A DNA stretch of 64,000 bases from contig CASEYY010000021.1 of assembly GCA_949292335.1 (NCBI GenBank), positions 2,455-66,454 of the forward strand, read 5' to 3'. This document shows positions 48,202 through 57,277 of the stretch, in pieces. This stretch comes from an uncultured Pseudomonadota bacterium. Lineage in GTDB: Bacteria > Pseudomonadota > Alphaproteobacteria > RF32 > CAG-239. Every line of letters starts with the position of its first letter. Within the stretch, counting starts at the first letter, position 1. Position numbers and translations under genes: made by a program. Under the pieces are notes generated by a model that saw only the letters and a program-made list of their open reading frames with translations, did no database searches and had not been told where the DNA came from.

Positions 48202-49458
48202 CTAAATTTTTCTAAATATCAAAGAAGCATTGGTACCGCCGAAACCAAACGAGTTCGACATGGCAACTTTAACATCGCACTTGCGAGCTTGATTCGGTAC
48301 CAAATCCATTCCGGCAACTTCATCAATCGGATCTTCAAGATTGAGGGTAGGCGGTAAGATTCCGGTTTCAATAGCCTTAACGCAGAATACTGCTTCAACG
48401 GCACCGGCAGCACCAAGCAAGTGACCGATTGCCGATTTGGTTGAAGACATTTTCAAATCTTTGCAACCGGCAAACAATTCCGATACGGCTTTAGCTTCCA
48501 TAGCATCGCCGATCATGGTTGATGTACCGTGAGCATTGATATAGGTAACCTCTTCAGGCTTAATGTTTGATTTACGCAAAGCTTCACTCATTGCTTTTTT
48601 AGCACCTGATCCGTCCGGAGCCGGAGAGGTAATATGATAAGCATCACCTGATGTGCCGTAACCGGCTAATTCGGCGTAAATCTTAGCACCTCTGGCTTTG
48701 GCGTGTTCATATTCTTCCAAAACCAATACACCGGCACCTTCACCCATTACAAAGCCGTCATGACCTTTATCCCAAGGACGAGATGCTTTTTCCGGAGTGT
48801 CGTTATAGCTGTGAGACAAAGCTTTTGCTTGCATAAAGCCGGCCACCGAGAGAGCACAAACGGCTGCCTCTGCACCGCCCACGACCATAACATCGGCATC
48901 ATCCATCACAATAGCTTGATAAGCATGAGCAACGGCATGTGAGCCGGTAGCACAAGCAGTAACACAAGCCAAGTTCGGACCGGTAAAGCCGTGACGCATT
49001 GACACATGACCCGAAATCATATTTATGATTGTAGCTGGAATAAAGAACGGGCTGATACGACGTGGACCGGAAGCAGCCAAAATTTTTGCATTGTCATCAA
49101 TCGTTTTCAATCCGCCGATACCGGATCCGATTATAACCCCGGTGCGAGCCTTTTCTTTTGCATCTTCTGGCATCCAATTAGCATCTTTGATTGCTTCTTC
49201 TGCGGCAGCAATACCAAACAAAATAAAATCGTCAATTCTTTTTTGTTCTTTTGGTTCCATATATTCGTCGGGATTAAATTGTCCGGGTTCCGTGCCTTTA
49301 ATAACTTCACCGGCAACTTTAACCGAAAAATTTTCGGTATCAAACTTGGTTATGTTGCGAATGGCCGACTTTCCAGCAACAATGGCGTCCCAAGCGGTTT
49401 TAACGCCCATTCCAAAAGGAGTCAAAGCTCCCAATCCAGTAACAACAACTCTTTTCAT
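48202..49458 (-). CDS. fabF: 3-oxoacyl-ACP synthase II
   Basis: VTACATGSHAV (Cys), NAHGTSTMIGD and GHLLGAAG. Confidence 0.92.
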   Translation of the reverse strand: MKRVVVTGLGALTPFGMGVKTAWDAIVAGKSAIRNITKFDTENFSVKVAGEVIKGTEPGQFNPDEYMEPKEQKRIDDFILFGIAAAEEAIKDANWMPEDAKEKARTGVIIGSGIGGLKTIDDNAKILAASGPRRISPFFIPATIINMISGHVSMRHGFTGPNLACVTACATGSHAVAHAYQAIVMDDADVMVVGGAEAAVCALSVAGFMQAKALSHSYNDTPEKASRPWDKGHDGFVMGEGAGVLVLEEYEHAKARGAKIYAELAGYGTSGDAYHITSPAPDGSGAKKAMSEALRKSNIKPEEVTYINAHGTSTMIGDAMEAKAVSELFAGCKDLKMSSTKSAIGHLLGAAGAVEAVFCVKAIETGILPPTLNLEDPIDEVAGMDLVPNQARKCDVKVAMSNSFGFGGTNASLIFRKI

Positions 49459-49482
49459 CGTCTGTTTCCTTCTTTTATTTTC

Positions 49483-50499
49483 TTAAAAAATATTTTCTTT
49501 TCTAAAAACACCTTCACGCAAGCGGATAACACCGCCGCCCCAGCACATGCCGGCTCCAAAGCCGCAGATTATTGCTTTAGAAGGAGTTTTTACCTTACCT
49601 TGTTTAATTGCTTCACCCATGGCTATTAAGATGGAAGAAGCCGAAGTATTACCCAGATACTCGATATTGGATATTACTTTGTCATCGGTATAATTAAGTC
49701 TTTCTTGTACCGCTTTAATAATTCTTTGGTTGGCCTGATGTAATATCAGATAATCAACAGTGTCACTGTCGATATTATTTTGCGCCAATATGGTATCGGT
49801 AATATAATTAGGGATAATATTGGCCACAAATTTATAAACATCTTGTCCTTTCATTGCTAAAATTTGTTTGTCATCATTGGTTTCGACAAACGGACAGTTT
49901 CCATGCGGTACCGGCAAAGTGATATAGTCGCCGACATGACCGTCAGCTTTAATATCAATAGCCAAGATATCGTTTTCCTCACCGGCAGAAACAACTGCGG
50001 CACCGATGCCGTCGCCAAACAAGATTGAAGTACGACGATCGGTCCAGTCCAGATATCGTGAGCAATTATCAAAAGTCAAAATAAGAATATTTTTGTAAAT
50101 GCCAGATCGGATATAGGCATTGGCAATGTCCAAGCCATACACGAAACCCGAGCAAGCCACCGAAAAATCAAAAGCCGGAATATTGCGTTTAATTCCCAAT
50201 AGTCTTTGAGCAGTGCAAGAGATTGTAGGCATCATTTGCACCGGCATAGAGGTTGCGGCGATGATGAGGTCAATATCTTCTACATCAATTCCGGCATTGT
50301 TTATGGCTTGTCTGGCAGCCTTTTCCAAAAGCTCAAATGCTTCCGCATCGTTTTTGAATAAGTGTCTTTCTTTGATACCGGTACGAGAATAAATCCATTC
50401 GTCCGAGGTATCATACAAAGTGGTTAAGTCATTGTTGGTTACGACTTTTGTCGGTATGGCATAGCCTATACCGGTAATCATCGGTAAATTATTGGTCAT
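49483..50499 (-). CDS. fabH: 3-oxoacyl-ACP synthase III
   Basis: VACSGFVYGL, LHQANQRI and GNTSASS. Confidence 0.92.
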   Translation of the reverse strand: MTNNLPMITGIGYAIPTKVVTNNDLTTLYDTSDEWIYSRTGIKERHLFKNDAEAFELLEKAARQAINNAGIDVEDIDLIIAATSMPVQMMPTISCTAQRLLGIKRNIPAFDFSVACSGFVYGLDIANAYIRSGIYKNILILTFDNCSRYLDWTDRRTSILFGDGIGAAVVSAGEENDILAIDIKADGHVGDYITLPVPHGNCPFVETNDDKQILAMKGQDVYKFVANIIPNYITDTILAQNNIDSDTVDYLILHQANQRIIKAVQERLNYTDDKVISNIEYLGNTSASSILIAMGEAIKQGKVKTPSKAIICGFGAGMCWGGGVIRLREGVFRKENIF

Positions 50500-51847
50500 T
50501 CTTTTTTTCCTGTCTTTTTTCTAAAAACTTTTCCAACCAGTGAATATTATACAGCCCGTCCACAAACTCTTGTGAAGAAATAATTTCTTCATGCAAGGGG
50601 AGAGTTGTGGTAACGCCGCCGATAACAAACTCACGCAAAGCTCTTTTAAGTCTTAACAGAGCAGCACTTCTGGTTGAGCCTCTGACAATAAGTTTTGCAA
50701 TCATACTGTCATAAAACGGCGGAATTCTGTAGCCCGAATAAGCTTCAGAATCAACTCTGACACCGAGTCCGCCCGGAACATGCCATTCGGCAATTTTCCC
50801 CGGACAAGGAATAAAAGTAAAGGGATCTTCGGCGTTGATACGGCATTCGATAGCGGCACCTTGGAATTTTACATCATCTTGGGTGTATCCCAATTTAGCA
50901 CCGTTTGCGATTCTAATTTGTTCACGAACGATATCAATATCGGTAACCGCCTCGGTAATCGGATGTTCGACTTGCAAACGCGTATTCATTTCCAAGAAAT
51001 AAAATTCACCGTCTTCAAACAAAAATTCCAAAGTACCGGCCCCGAAATAACCGATTTTTTTGATAGCCGAGCAGACGATGGCAAAAATTTCGTCTCTTTT
51101 TTCTTGGTTGAGAGCCGGAGAAGGGGTTTCCTCAATCAGTTTTTGGTGTTTGCGTTGAATTGAGCAGTCGCGTTCACCCAAGTGGATAACATTACCATGC
51201 ATATCAGCCAAAACCTGAATCTCGATATGACGAGGTTTTTGCAGGTATTTTTCCATAAATACCACATCACTGGTAAACGAAGATTTAGCCTCGGCTTTAG
51301 CCATAGTGTAGGCGGTTTCGACCTCATCTTCGTTAAAAGCGGTTTTCATACCTTTTCCGCCGCCGCCGTCTTTGGCTTTGATAATAACCGGATAACCGAT
51401 TTCTTTAGCCCATTTTTTAGCATCTTCGACCGATTCTAATGCCGGAGAACCTTTGGTAACCGGCAAACCGGCTTCAATGGCTGCTTTTTTAGAGGCAATT
51501 TTATCGCCCATCAAACGCATCTGTTCCGGAGTAGGTCCGATAAAAGTAAGACCATGTTTTATAACCATCTCGGCGAAATCGGCATTTTCCGATAAAAAGC
51601 CGTATCCGGGGTGGATGGCATTAGCACCGGTAACAATGGCGGCAGAGATAATGGCGGTCTTATTAAGATAAGAATCCTTAGACTGCGGTCCGCCGATACA
51701 AACCGCTTCATCGGCCAAGCGAACATGCATGGCATCTTTATCGGCGGTAGAGTGTACGGCCACGGTCTTAATACCCATCTCATGGCAAGCCCGATTAATT
51801 CTCAAAGCCACCTCGCCACGGTTGGCAATCAGTACTTTTTCAAACAT
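50489..51847 (-). CDS. accC: acetyl-CoA carboxylase, biotin carboxylase subunit
   Basis: MFEKVLIANRGEVALRI... ATP-grasp. Overlaps the fabH start by 11 nt. Confidence 0.95.
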   Translation of the reverse strand: MFEKVLIANRGEVALRINRACHEMGIKTVAVHSTADKDAMHVRLADEAVCIGGPQSKDSYLNKTAIISAAIVTGANAIHPGYGFLSENADFAEMVIKHGLTFIGPTPEQMRLMGDKIASKKAAIEAGLPVTKGSPALESVEDAKKWAKEIGYPVIIKAKDGGGGKGMKTAFNEDEVETAYTMAKAEAKSSFTSDVVFMEKYLQKPRHIEIQVLADMHGNVIHLGERDCSIQRKHQKLIEETPSPALNQEKRDEIFAIVCSAIKKIGYFGAGTLEFLFEDGEFYFLEMNTRLQVEHPITEAVTDIDIVREQIRIANGAKLGYTQDDVKFQGAAIECRINAEDPFTFIPCPGKIAEWHVPGGLGVRVDSEAYSGYRIPPFYDSMIAKLIVRGSTRSAALLRLKRALREFVIGGVTTTLPLHEEIISSQEFVDGLYNIHWLEKFLEKRQEKKNDQ

Positions 51848-51859
51848 AACTGTTTTCTC

Positions 51860-52330
51860 TTACTCAATTACAAACAAAGGTTCATCAAATTCAACGGCAG
51901 AGCCGGATGATACCAAGATTTCCCTGATAATGCCGCCTCTGGGAGCTTTAATTTGGTTAAATGTTTTCATAGCTTCAATCAAGCAAATAACATCACCTTC
52001 TTTAACCGTGTCTCCGACTTTTACATAATCGGGGTCATTCGGGCTGGCCGAAAGATAGAGTACACCGACCATGGGCGACTTGATTGTTTCGCCTTTTACG
52101 GCAACAGGGGCTTCGGCCACCGGAGCCGGAGCAGGGGCTTGAGCTTGAACAACCGGAGCTGCAGGCTGCAAAACCGGAGCCGGAGTAACAACAGTTTGAG
52201 CTACAACTTCTTTAGAACGGTTGGTGACAATGATATGCAAGCCGTCTTTGTTATAATCAACCGATTCCAAGTCCAAATCACTAACGATTTTAGCAATGGA
52301 TTCAATACAAGCAATATCGTCCTGAGCCAT
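51860..52330 (-). CDS. accB: acetyl-CoA carboxylase, biotin carboxyl carrier protein
   Basis: Pro/Ala linker and the CLIEAMKTFNQI biotinyl-Lys motif. Confidence 0.92.
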   Translation of the reverse strand: MAQDDIACIESIAKIVSDLDLESVDYNKDGLHIIVTNRSKEVVAQTVVTPAPVLQPAAPVVQAQAPAPAPVAEAPVAVKGETIKSPMVGVLYLSASPNDPDYVKVGDTVKEGDVICLIEAMKTFNQIKAPRGGIIREILVSSGSAVEFDEPLFVIE

Positions 52331-53169
52331 TAGTTACCTTCTTTCATTTTTGCAAATTCGCCCAACAATTCAGAAACTTCCTGAGCTTTATTGATGTTGC
52401 ACATACCTTGTTTGTTGTAACCGCCGTCGACATGCAAAACTTCACCGGTCACGCCGCTAGCCAAATCGCTTAAAATGTACAGAGCCGAATTTCCGATATC
52501 GTCAATGCTCATATTGCGACCGAGCAAGCAATTTGCCTTGTTCCACCCCAAGATATTGCGGAAATCACCGATACCGGCGGCGGCCAAAGTTCTTATCGGA
52601 CCGGCAGAAATGGCATTAACTCTGATATTTTGTTCACCCAAATCTCTGGCCAAATACATAACCGAAGTTTCCAGAGCTGATTTAGCGATACCCATAACAT
52701 TATAGTTCGGAATAACTCTTTCGGCACCAAGGTAAGAAAGGGTAACAAAGCTGGCACCGTCGTTGGCAATTTTGGCGGCTCTGGCACAAATATCGGTGAA
52801 GGAATAGCAAGAAATGTGCATGGTGTTCAAGAAGTTAGCCAAAGTTGTGTCGCAGTATCTGCCTTTGAGTTCGTTTTTGTCTGAGAATGCAACGGCGTGA
52901 ACTACGAAGTCAATTTTACCCCATTTCTTTTCAATTTCGGCAAAAAGGTTGTCAAGATCGTTGCTGTCGGTAACATTGCAGGGCATAATGATGTTTGAAC
53001 CCAAGCTTTCGGCCAAAGTACGAACGCGCTTTTCCAGAGCTTCACCTTGATAGGTAAAAGCCATCTCGGCACCTTGTTCATGCAAAGCCTTGGCAATACC
53101 CCAAGCGATAGAGTGGTCGTTAGCTAAACCGAACACAATACCTTTTTTGTTTTTCATAATATCATTCAC
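52330..53169 (-). CDS. fabI: enoyl-ACP reductase (NADH), FabI type
   Basis: GLANDHSIAWGIA and YNVMGIAKSALE. TAATG overlap with accB. Confidence 0.9.
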   Translation of the reverse strand: MNDIMKNKKGIVFGLANDHSIAWGIAKALHEQGAEMAFTYQGEALEKRVRTLAESLGSNIIMPCNVTDSNDLDNLFAEIEKKWGKIDFVVHAVAFSDKNELKGRYCDTTLANFLNTMHISCYSFTDICARAAKIANDGASFVTLSYLGAERVIPNYNVMGIAKSALETSVMYLARDLGEQNIRVNAISAGPIRTLAAAGIGDFRNILGWNKANCLLGRNMSIDDIGNSALYILSDLASGVTGEVLHVDGGYNKQGMCNINKAQEVSELLGEFAKMKEGN

Positions 53170-53198
53170 TTGAATATCTCCTTGAAAATTAAATAAAA

Positions 53199-54593
53199 TT
53201 AACGGCCGCTTTTAATAGCTTCAATAAGTTCTTTGATTGACGGCCAATTACCCGTATTGAACAACGGGTCAGTTTTAAATTTGAAAGCATTTTTTCCCGA
53301 GAATAAAATATTATCGAGAATATTACCGCTTTTATGTCCTACTTCGATTAAAGATTTTCTGATACAAAATGAACGCAGATCCGGCACTTTTCCTGTAGTT
53401 CCGGTATGGCTGGACCAAGAAGAGAATTTGCAAGCCGACAAGCAACCGCAACAATCTTTGATATCTTCCATATCCTGCATTTTTTCATCTTTGGTCAAGA
53501 AAATCAGAGTATTATCCGGAGTAACCGATAAGCAGGTTTTACCTTTTTGAGCCTGTTCATCAACAATATGTAAATCTTCTTTTTTCACATAATAAGTTGT
53601 GTTTTTGGAATACACTATCGGCTCCGAAAATTCTTCGGTTTTCTCTTTTGAGAATGGAATTTCACTGTTTTTGCGATCAAACAATTTCATAATGAAAGAG
53701 TTCTTAATTGCCGAAGACAGAAAACCGGTCGGGCTGAAATCTTGAATGACCACATCCTCAAGATTAAGGTGTAGCATTAACTTTTTCCAAGCCTGAGAAA
53801 TAGGGCTCTCTTTGGTTAGCATGGGTCTGGTTCCGAATTGGAAGCCCACTTTGCCGATTTCGGGATTATCGATATAATCCTGCCAATCGCTCAAAGACCA
53901 AACACCGCCAGCAATAATAATCGGCACATCATTCAAACCGTTGGCATTTAGTACCTTACGCAGTTCTACAACTTTTTCATAAGGGCTTTGCGGCTTTCCG
54001 ACTTCGTCGGTATTTGAGAAACCGCAGTGTCCGCCGGCGAACCACGGATCTTCATAAATAACGCCGCCCATAAATTCTTTGTATTTATCATAGCCGCGTT
54101 TGATTAATATTTGCAAAGCTCTGCCCGAAGAAACAATCGGATAATAAAACACCTTAAACTGCGAGGTAAGCTCAGCCAATTTAATCGGTAAACCGGCACC
54201 GGAAACCACGCCGTTGATAACCCCTTTGGCTCTTTCCAATACATTTTTAATCAAGTATTGGCTGTCGGCCAATTCCCACAAAACATTCATGTTAATCAAA
54301 CCGTTGCCGTTGGATATTTCATGAGCGATTTGTGCCTGAGAAACGCACCCATCCACAGCCTGATCCATCATTTGTTGATGTCTTTCGATTCTTGACTTAG
54401 CGGTAATATTTTCCAAGTGCAAATTACCGTCTTTATCTCTGATATCGGGAAATACGGCCGAAAAAGTACCTATGCAATTTTCTTTAGCCCAAGCACCGGC
54501 GGTATGACCGTTGCTGACATTAACGCCGCGTCCGCCTTCAAACAGAGGAAACACATTTTTTCCGCACAAATCGAAAGGCTTAAGTTCTTTCAT
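53199..54593 (-). CDS. NMO/FabK-family flavin oxidoreductase with a Cys-rich C-terminal extension (candidate enoyl-ACP reductase II)
   Basis: PLFEGGRGV..., VVSGAGLP, YEDPWFAGGHCGF and IIIAGGV...FGTRPMLTKES parallel the FabK motifs. Start at MKELKPF (ATG 54593, GGAGA RBS), 4 nt after the accD stop. Confidence 0.7.
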   Translation of the reverse strand: MKELKPFDLCGKNVFPLFEGGRGVNVSNGHTAGAWAKENCIGTFSAVFPDIRDKDGNLHLENITAKSRIERHQQMMDQAVDGCVSQAQIAHEISNGNGLINMNVLWELADSQYLIKNVLERAKGVINGVVSGAGLPIKLAELTSQFKVFYYPIVSSGRALQILIKRGYDKYKEFMGGVIYEDPWFAGGHCGFSNTDEVGKPQSPYEKVVELRKVLNANGLNDVPIIIAGGVWSLSDWQDYIDNPEIGKVGFQFGTRPMLTKESPISQAWKKLMLHLNLEDVVIQDFSPTGFLSSAIKNSFIMKLFDRKNSEIPFSKEKTEEFSEPIVYSKNTTYYVKKEDLHIVDEQAQKGKTCLSVTPDNTLIFLTKDEKMQDMEDIKDCCGCLSACKFSSWSSHTGTTGKVPDLRSFCIRKSLIEVGHKSGNILDNILFSGKNAFKFKTDPLFNTGNWPSIKELIEAIKSGR

Positions 54594-54597
54594 TTGG

Positions 54598-55461
54598 TTA
54601 TTCTCCTTTAGTATAGGTGTTGCCAAGCAGATTAAGTAAAGTAATAAGTTTTTCACGCAAGTCATGACGGTTGACAATCATGTCGACCATGCCGTGTTTT
54701 TTCAAATATTCGGCTTTTTGGAAACCGGCCGGCAGGTCGGCCTTAATTGTTTCTTTAATAACTCTTGCACCGGCGAAGGCAATCAAAGCATCAGGTTCGG
54801 CAATGGTAATATCACCGAGCATGGCAAAAGAGGCCGAAACACCACCGGTTGTAGGATTGGTAAGCACGGCAATATAGGGTAGGTGATTATCTTTGAGCTG
54901 TTTTACGGCAAGAGTAGTTCTGGCCATTTGCATCAAAGAGAGGATACCCTCCTGCATACGGGCACCGCCGGAAGCCGTAACCAAAATCAGAGGAACTTTT
55001 CGTTCTACTGCAAATTGAGCGGCTTGGACGATTCCTTCACCTACGGCCAATCCCATCGAGCCGCCGATAAAATTAAAGTTCATAACCCCTATGACCACGC
55101 CGTGACCACCCATTTTACCAAAAGCAGCAACGAAGGCATCATCGAACTTGGTCTTTTCTCGAGCTGACTTTAGTTTTGAGCGATAATCTTTGGTGTCCTT
55201 AAAATTCAAAGGATCTTCTTTAACTTTCGGGGCTTCCAAATAAGAATATTCTTCATCATCGAACAACATTCTAAATCTTTTACGCGGACGCAAATACATA
55301 TGATATCCGCAATGAGGGCAAACATATAGGTTTTTAGCCAACTCTTGTCCGTATATCATGGCGTCACATTGCGGACATTTATCCCACAAATTATCAGGCA
55401 CATCTTTCTCAGTTTTAGCCACGGACAACTTAGGTCTAACATAATCAAGTAACCAATTCAT
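54598..55461 (-). CDS. accD: acetyl-CoA carboxylase carboxyltransferase beta subunit
   Basis: Zn ribbon CPQCDAMI...CPHCGYH and the carboxyltransferase domain. Confidence 0.93.
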   Translation of the reverse strand: MNWLLDYVRPKLSVAKTEKDVPDNLWDKCPQCDAMIYGQELAKNLYVCPHCGYHMYLRPRKRFRMLFDDEEYSYLEAPKVKEDPLNFKDTKDYRSKLKSAREKTKFDDAFVAAFGKMGGHGVVIGVMNFNFIGGSMGLAVGEGIVQAAQFAVERKVPLILVTASGGARMQEGILSLMQMARTTLAVKQLKDNHLPYIAVLTNPTTGGVSASFAMLGDITIAEPDALIAFAGARVIKETIKADLPAGFQKAEYLKKHGMVDMIVNRHDLREKLITLLNLLGNTYTKGE

Positions 55462-55476
55462 AGCAACACCTCTAAA

Positions 55477-56439
55477 TTAAGCAATTCTTGACATAGCCAA
55501 GAACTTTTCTTCTCTGTCTTTGGCCAAATCGGCAGGAGAGAGTTTCTTAAGCTCGGTTAAATGTTTCCAGATTACATCACCGGCGTGTTTAACTGTTTCA
55601 TCTCTAAAACGATGAGCACCGCCCAACGGTTCACGAATAATTTCATCAACCACACCGAATTTATGTAAATCTTGAGCTGTTAAATGCAAGGCTGTAGCAG
55701 CCTTTTTAACGGCTGAGCCGTCACGCCACAAAATAGAGGCACATCCCTCCGGAGAGATGACCGAATAAATGGAATGTTCAAGCATCAAAATACGATTAGC
55801 GGTAGCCAAAGCAATAGCCCCGCCGGAACCGCCTTCACCGATAACCACGGCGATATAAGGCACTTCCATTTTGAAACCTTCCATAATGCAAGAAGCAATA
55901 GCCTCGGCCTGTCCGCGTTCTTCTCCTTCGATTCCTGGGAATGCACCGGCAGTGTCGACCAAGGAGATAATCGGGATATTAAAATGGTTGGCCAATTCCA
56001 TCAATCTCTTGGCTTTGCGATAACCTTCGGGTTTGGGCATACCAAAGCCGTGGCGGATTCTGCTTTCCAAATCATGCCCTTTTTCTTGACCGATAACCAT
56101 AACGGCCTGACCGTTAAAAAAGCCCAAGCCACCGACAATAGCCTCATCTTCGCCAAAGAGCTTATCACCGGCCAACGGCATAAAGTTTTCGATTAAGGCA
56201 TTAATATAATCAATGCTGTGCGGACGATTAGCGTGTCTGGCCACACAAACTTTCTGCCAAGGAGTAAGCTTTGTATAAGTTTCTTCCAACAATTTTTGAG
56301 TTTTTTTCTCCAAATTGGCGATTTCTTTATTAAAATCTTTAGCCAACTTATCATCACAACAAGATTTAAGTTCTTGAATTTTGGTATCAAGCTTATAAAT
56401 CGGCTCTTCAAAATCCAAATAAATAGTTTTGTCAGCCAT
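55477..56439 (-). CDS. accA: acetyl-CoA carboxylase carboxyltransferase alpha subunit
   Basis: VDTAGAFPG...GEGGSGGAIAL. Confidence 0.93.
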   Translation of the reverse strand: MADKTIYLDFEEPIYKLDTKIQELKSCCDDKLAKDFNKEIANLEKKTQKLLEETYTKLTPWQKVCVARHANRPHSIDYINALIENFMPLAGDKLFGEDEAIVGGLGFFNGQAVMVIGQEKGHDLESRIRHGFGMPKPEGYRKAKRLMELANHFNIPIISLVDTAGAFPGIEGEERGQAEAIASCIMEGFKMEVPYIAVVIGEGGSGGAIALATANRILMLEHSIYSVISPEGCASILWRDGSAVKKAATALHLTAQDLHKFGVVDEIIREPLGGAHRFRDETVKHAGDVIWKHLTELKKLSPADLAKDREEKFLAMSRIA

Positions 56440-56461
56440 TAGTTAAATATCCTTAAAAATT

Positions 56462-56911
56462 TTATCTGCCCATCATAGCGGTAAGCAAAGCCTCGGCATG
56501 TACTACACCGTTGCATTTTGCCTGACATCTAAAACGATAAACACCGCGGCATTCTTTTTCTTTAACCACATGCATTTCCATGATGTCTCCGGGTAAGAAA
56601 GGTTTACGGAACTTAGCTTCATCAATTCCCATAAACAAGACAACGCCGCCGTTACCGCCGCCGGTAACATCTTTGACTACAATACCGCAAGTTTGAGCCA
56701 TGGCTTCCATAATCAAGACACCTGGCATAATCGGATTTTCGGGGAAGTGTCCGGTAAACTGCGGTTCGTTCATGGTAATGTTTTTAATACCGATACCTTC
56801 TTCGCCGGCTCTGATAATTTTAACTTTATCCACCAACAAAAACGGGTAGCGGTGTGGTAACATAGACAATATATCTTTAATATTCAGTTCCTTGATAACA
56901 TTTTCTTCCAT
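56462..56911 (-). CDS. fabZ: 3-hydroxyacyl-ACP dehydratase
   Basis: LPHRYPFLLVD...FTGHFPENPIMPGVLIMEAMAQ. Confidence 0.93.
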   Translation of the reverse strand: MEENVIKELNIKDILSMLPHRYPFLLVDKVKIIRAGEEGIGIKNITMNEPQFTGHFPENPIMPGVLIMEAMAQTCGIVVKDVTGGGNGGVVLFMGIDEAKFRKPFLPGDIMEMHVVKEKECRGVYRFRCQAKCNGVVHAEALLTAMMGR

Positions 56912-57206
56912 GACATAAATTCCTTTCGTTATCGGTTAACATACATCAACAGTTACAAAAAATAAACAACATTTTGTGAGATTTGTAAAGTACGCACCCA
57001 CAAGCCTCATAGTTTCTGATAAGAAACCATGCACACACGAAAACACTTCTGGGGATAATACACTCAAAAAAACAAAAGTCAATCAGTTGATTGAATGTAT
57101 AATTCTATGAAGGTAAAAACGATGTAAAAACAATAAATTAGTTTGGTGTATAAATAGAATAAAATAGAATTGACAAAACCAAACAGTTATTTTTGTCTAA
57201 AAAAGT

Positions 57207-57235
57207 TTGCAATATATTAATAAATATGGTATTAT
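57207..57235 (+). promoter_or_regulatory. candidate promoter (TTGCAA-17 nt-TATTAT, with TGg extended -10)
   Basis: Hexamers at 57207..57212 and 57230..57235, about 40 nt upstream of the ATG at 57278. Confidence 0.45.
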
Positions 57236-57277
57236 AGATATATACCGAGGATATGCAGGCAAACAAGGATAAGACAA

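Noticed and set aside
49006-49629. A 207-codon plus-strand ORF. Similar long antisense ORFs in the track are at 20016..20480, 8052..8492, 34518..34928, 45544..46011, 55774..56196, 57983..58429, 51953..52333 and 63389..63700.
   Set aside because: All lie antisense to genes with unmistakable conserved motifs (fabF/fabH, hup, GT8, gltD-like, accA, GH24, accB, rnfB). They have low-complexity or odd composition and no RBS, so I treat them as shadow ORFs.
57012-57094. Two palindromes in the fabZ / lysozyme-gene intergenic region: gtttc-tgataa-gaaac (57012..57027) and tcaatca-gt-tgattga (57079..57094). These are possible operators of a fatty-acid regulator.
   Set aside because: No regulator gene is adjacent. 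I could not place them relative to a convincing fab promoter, and short AT-rich palindromes are common in AT-rich intergenic DNA.
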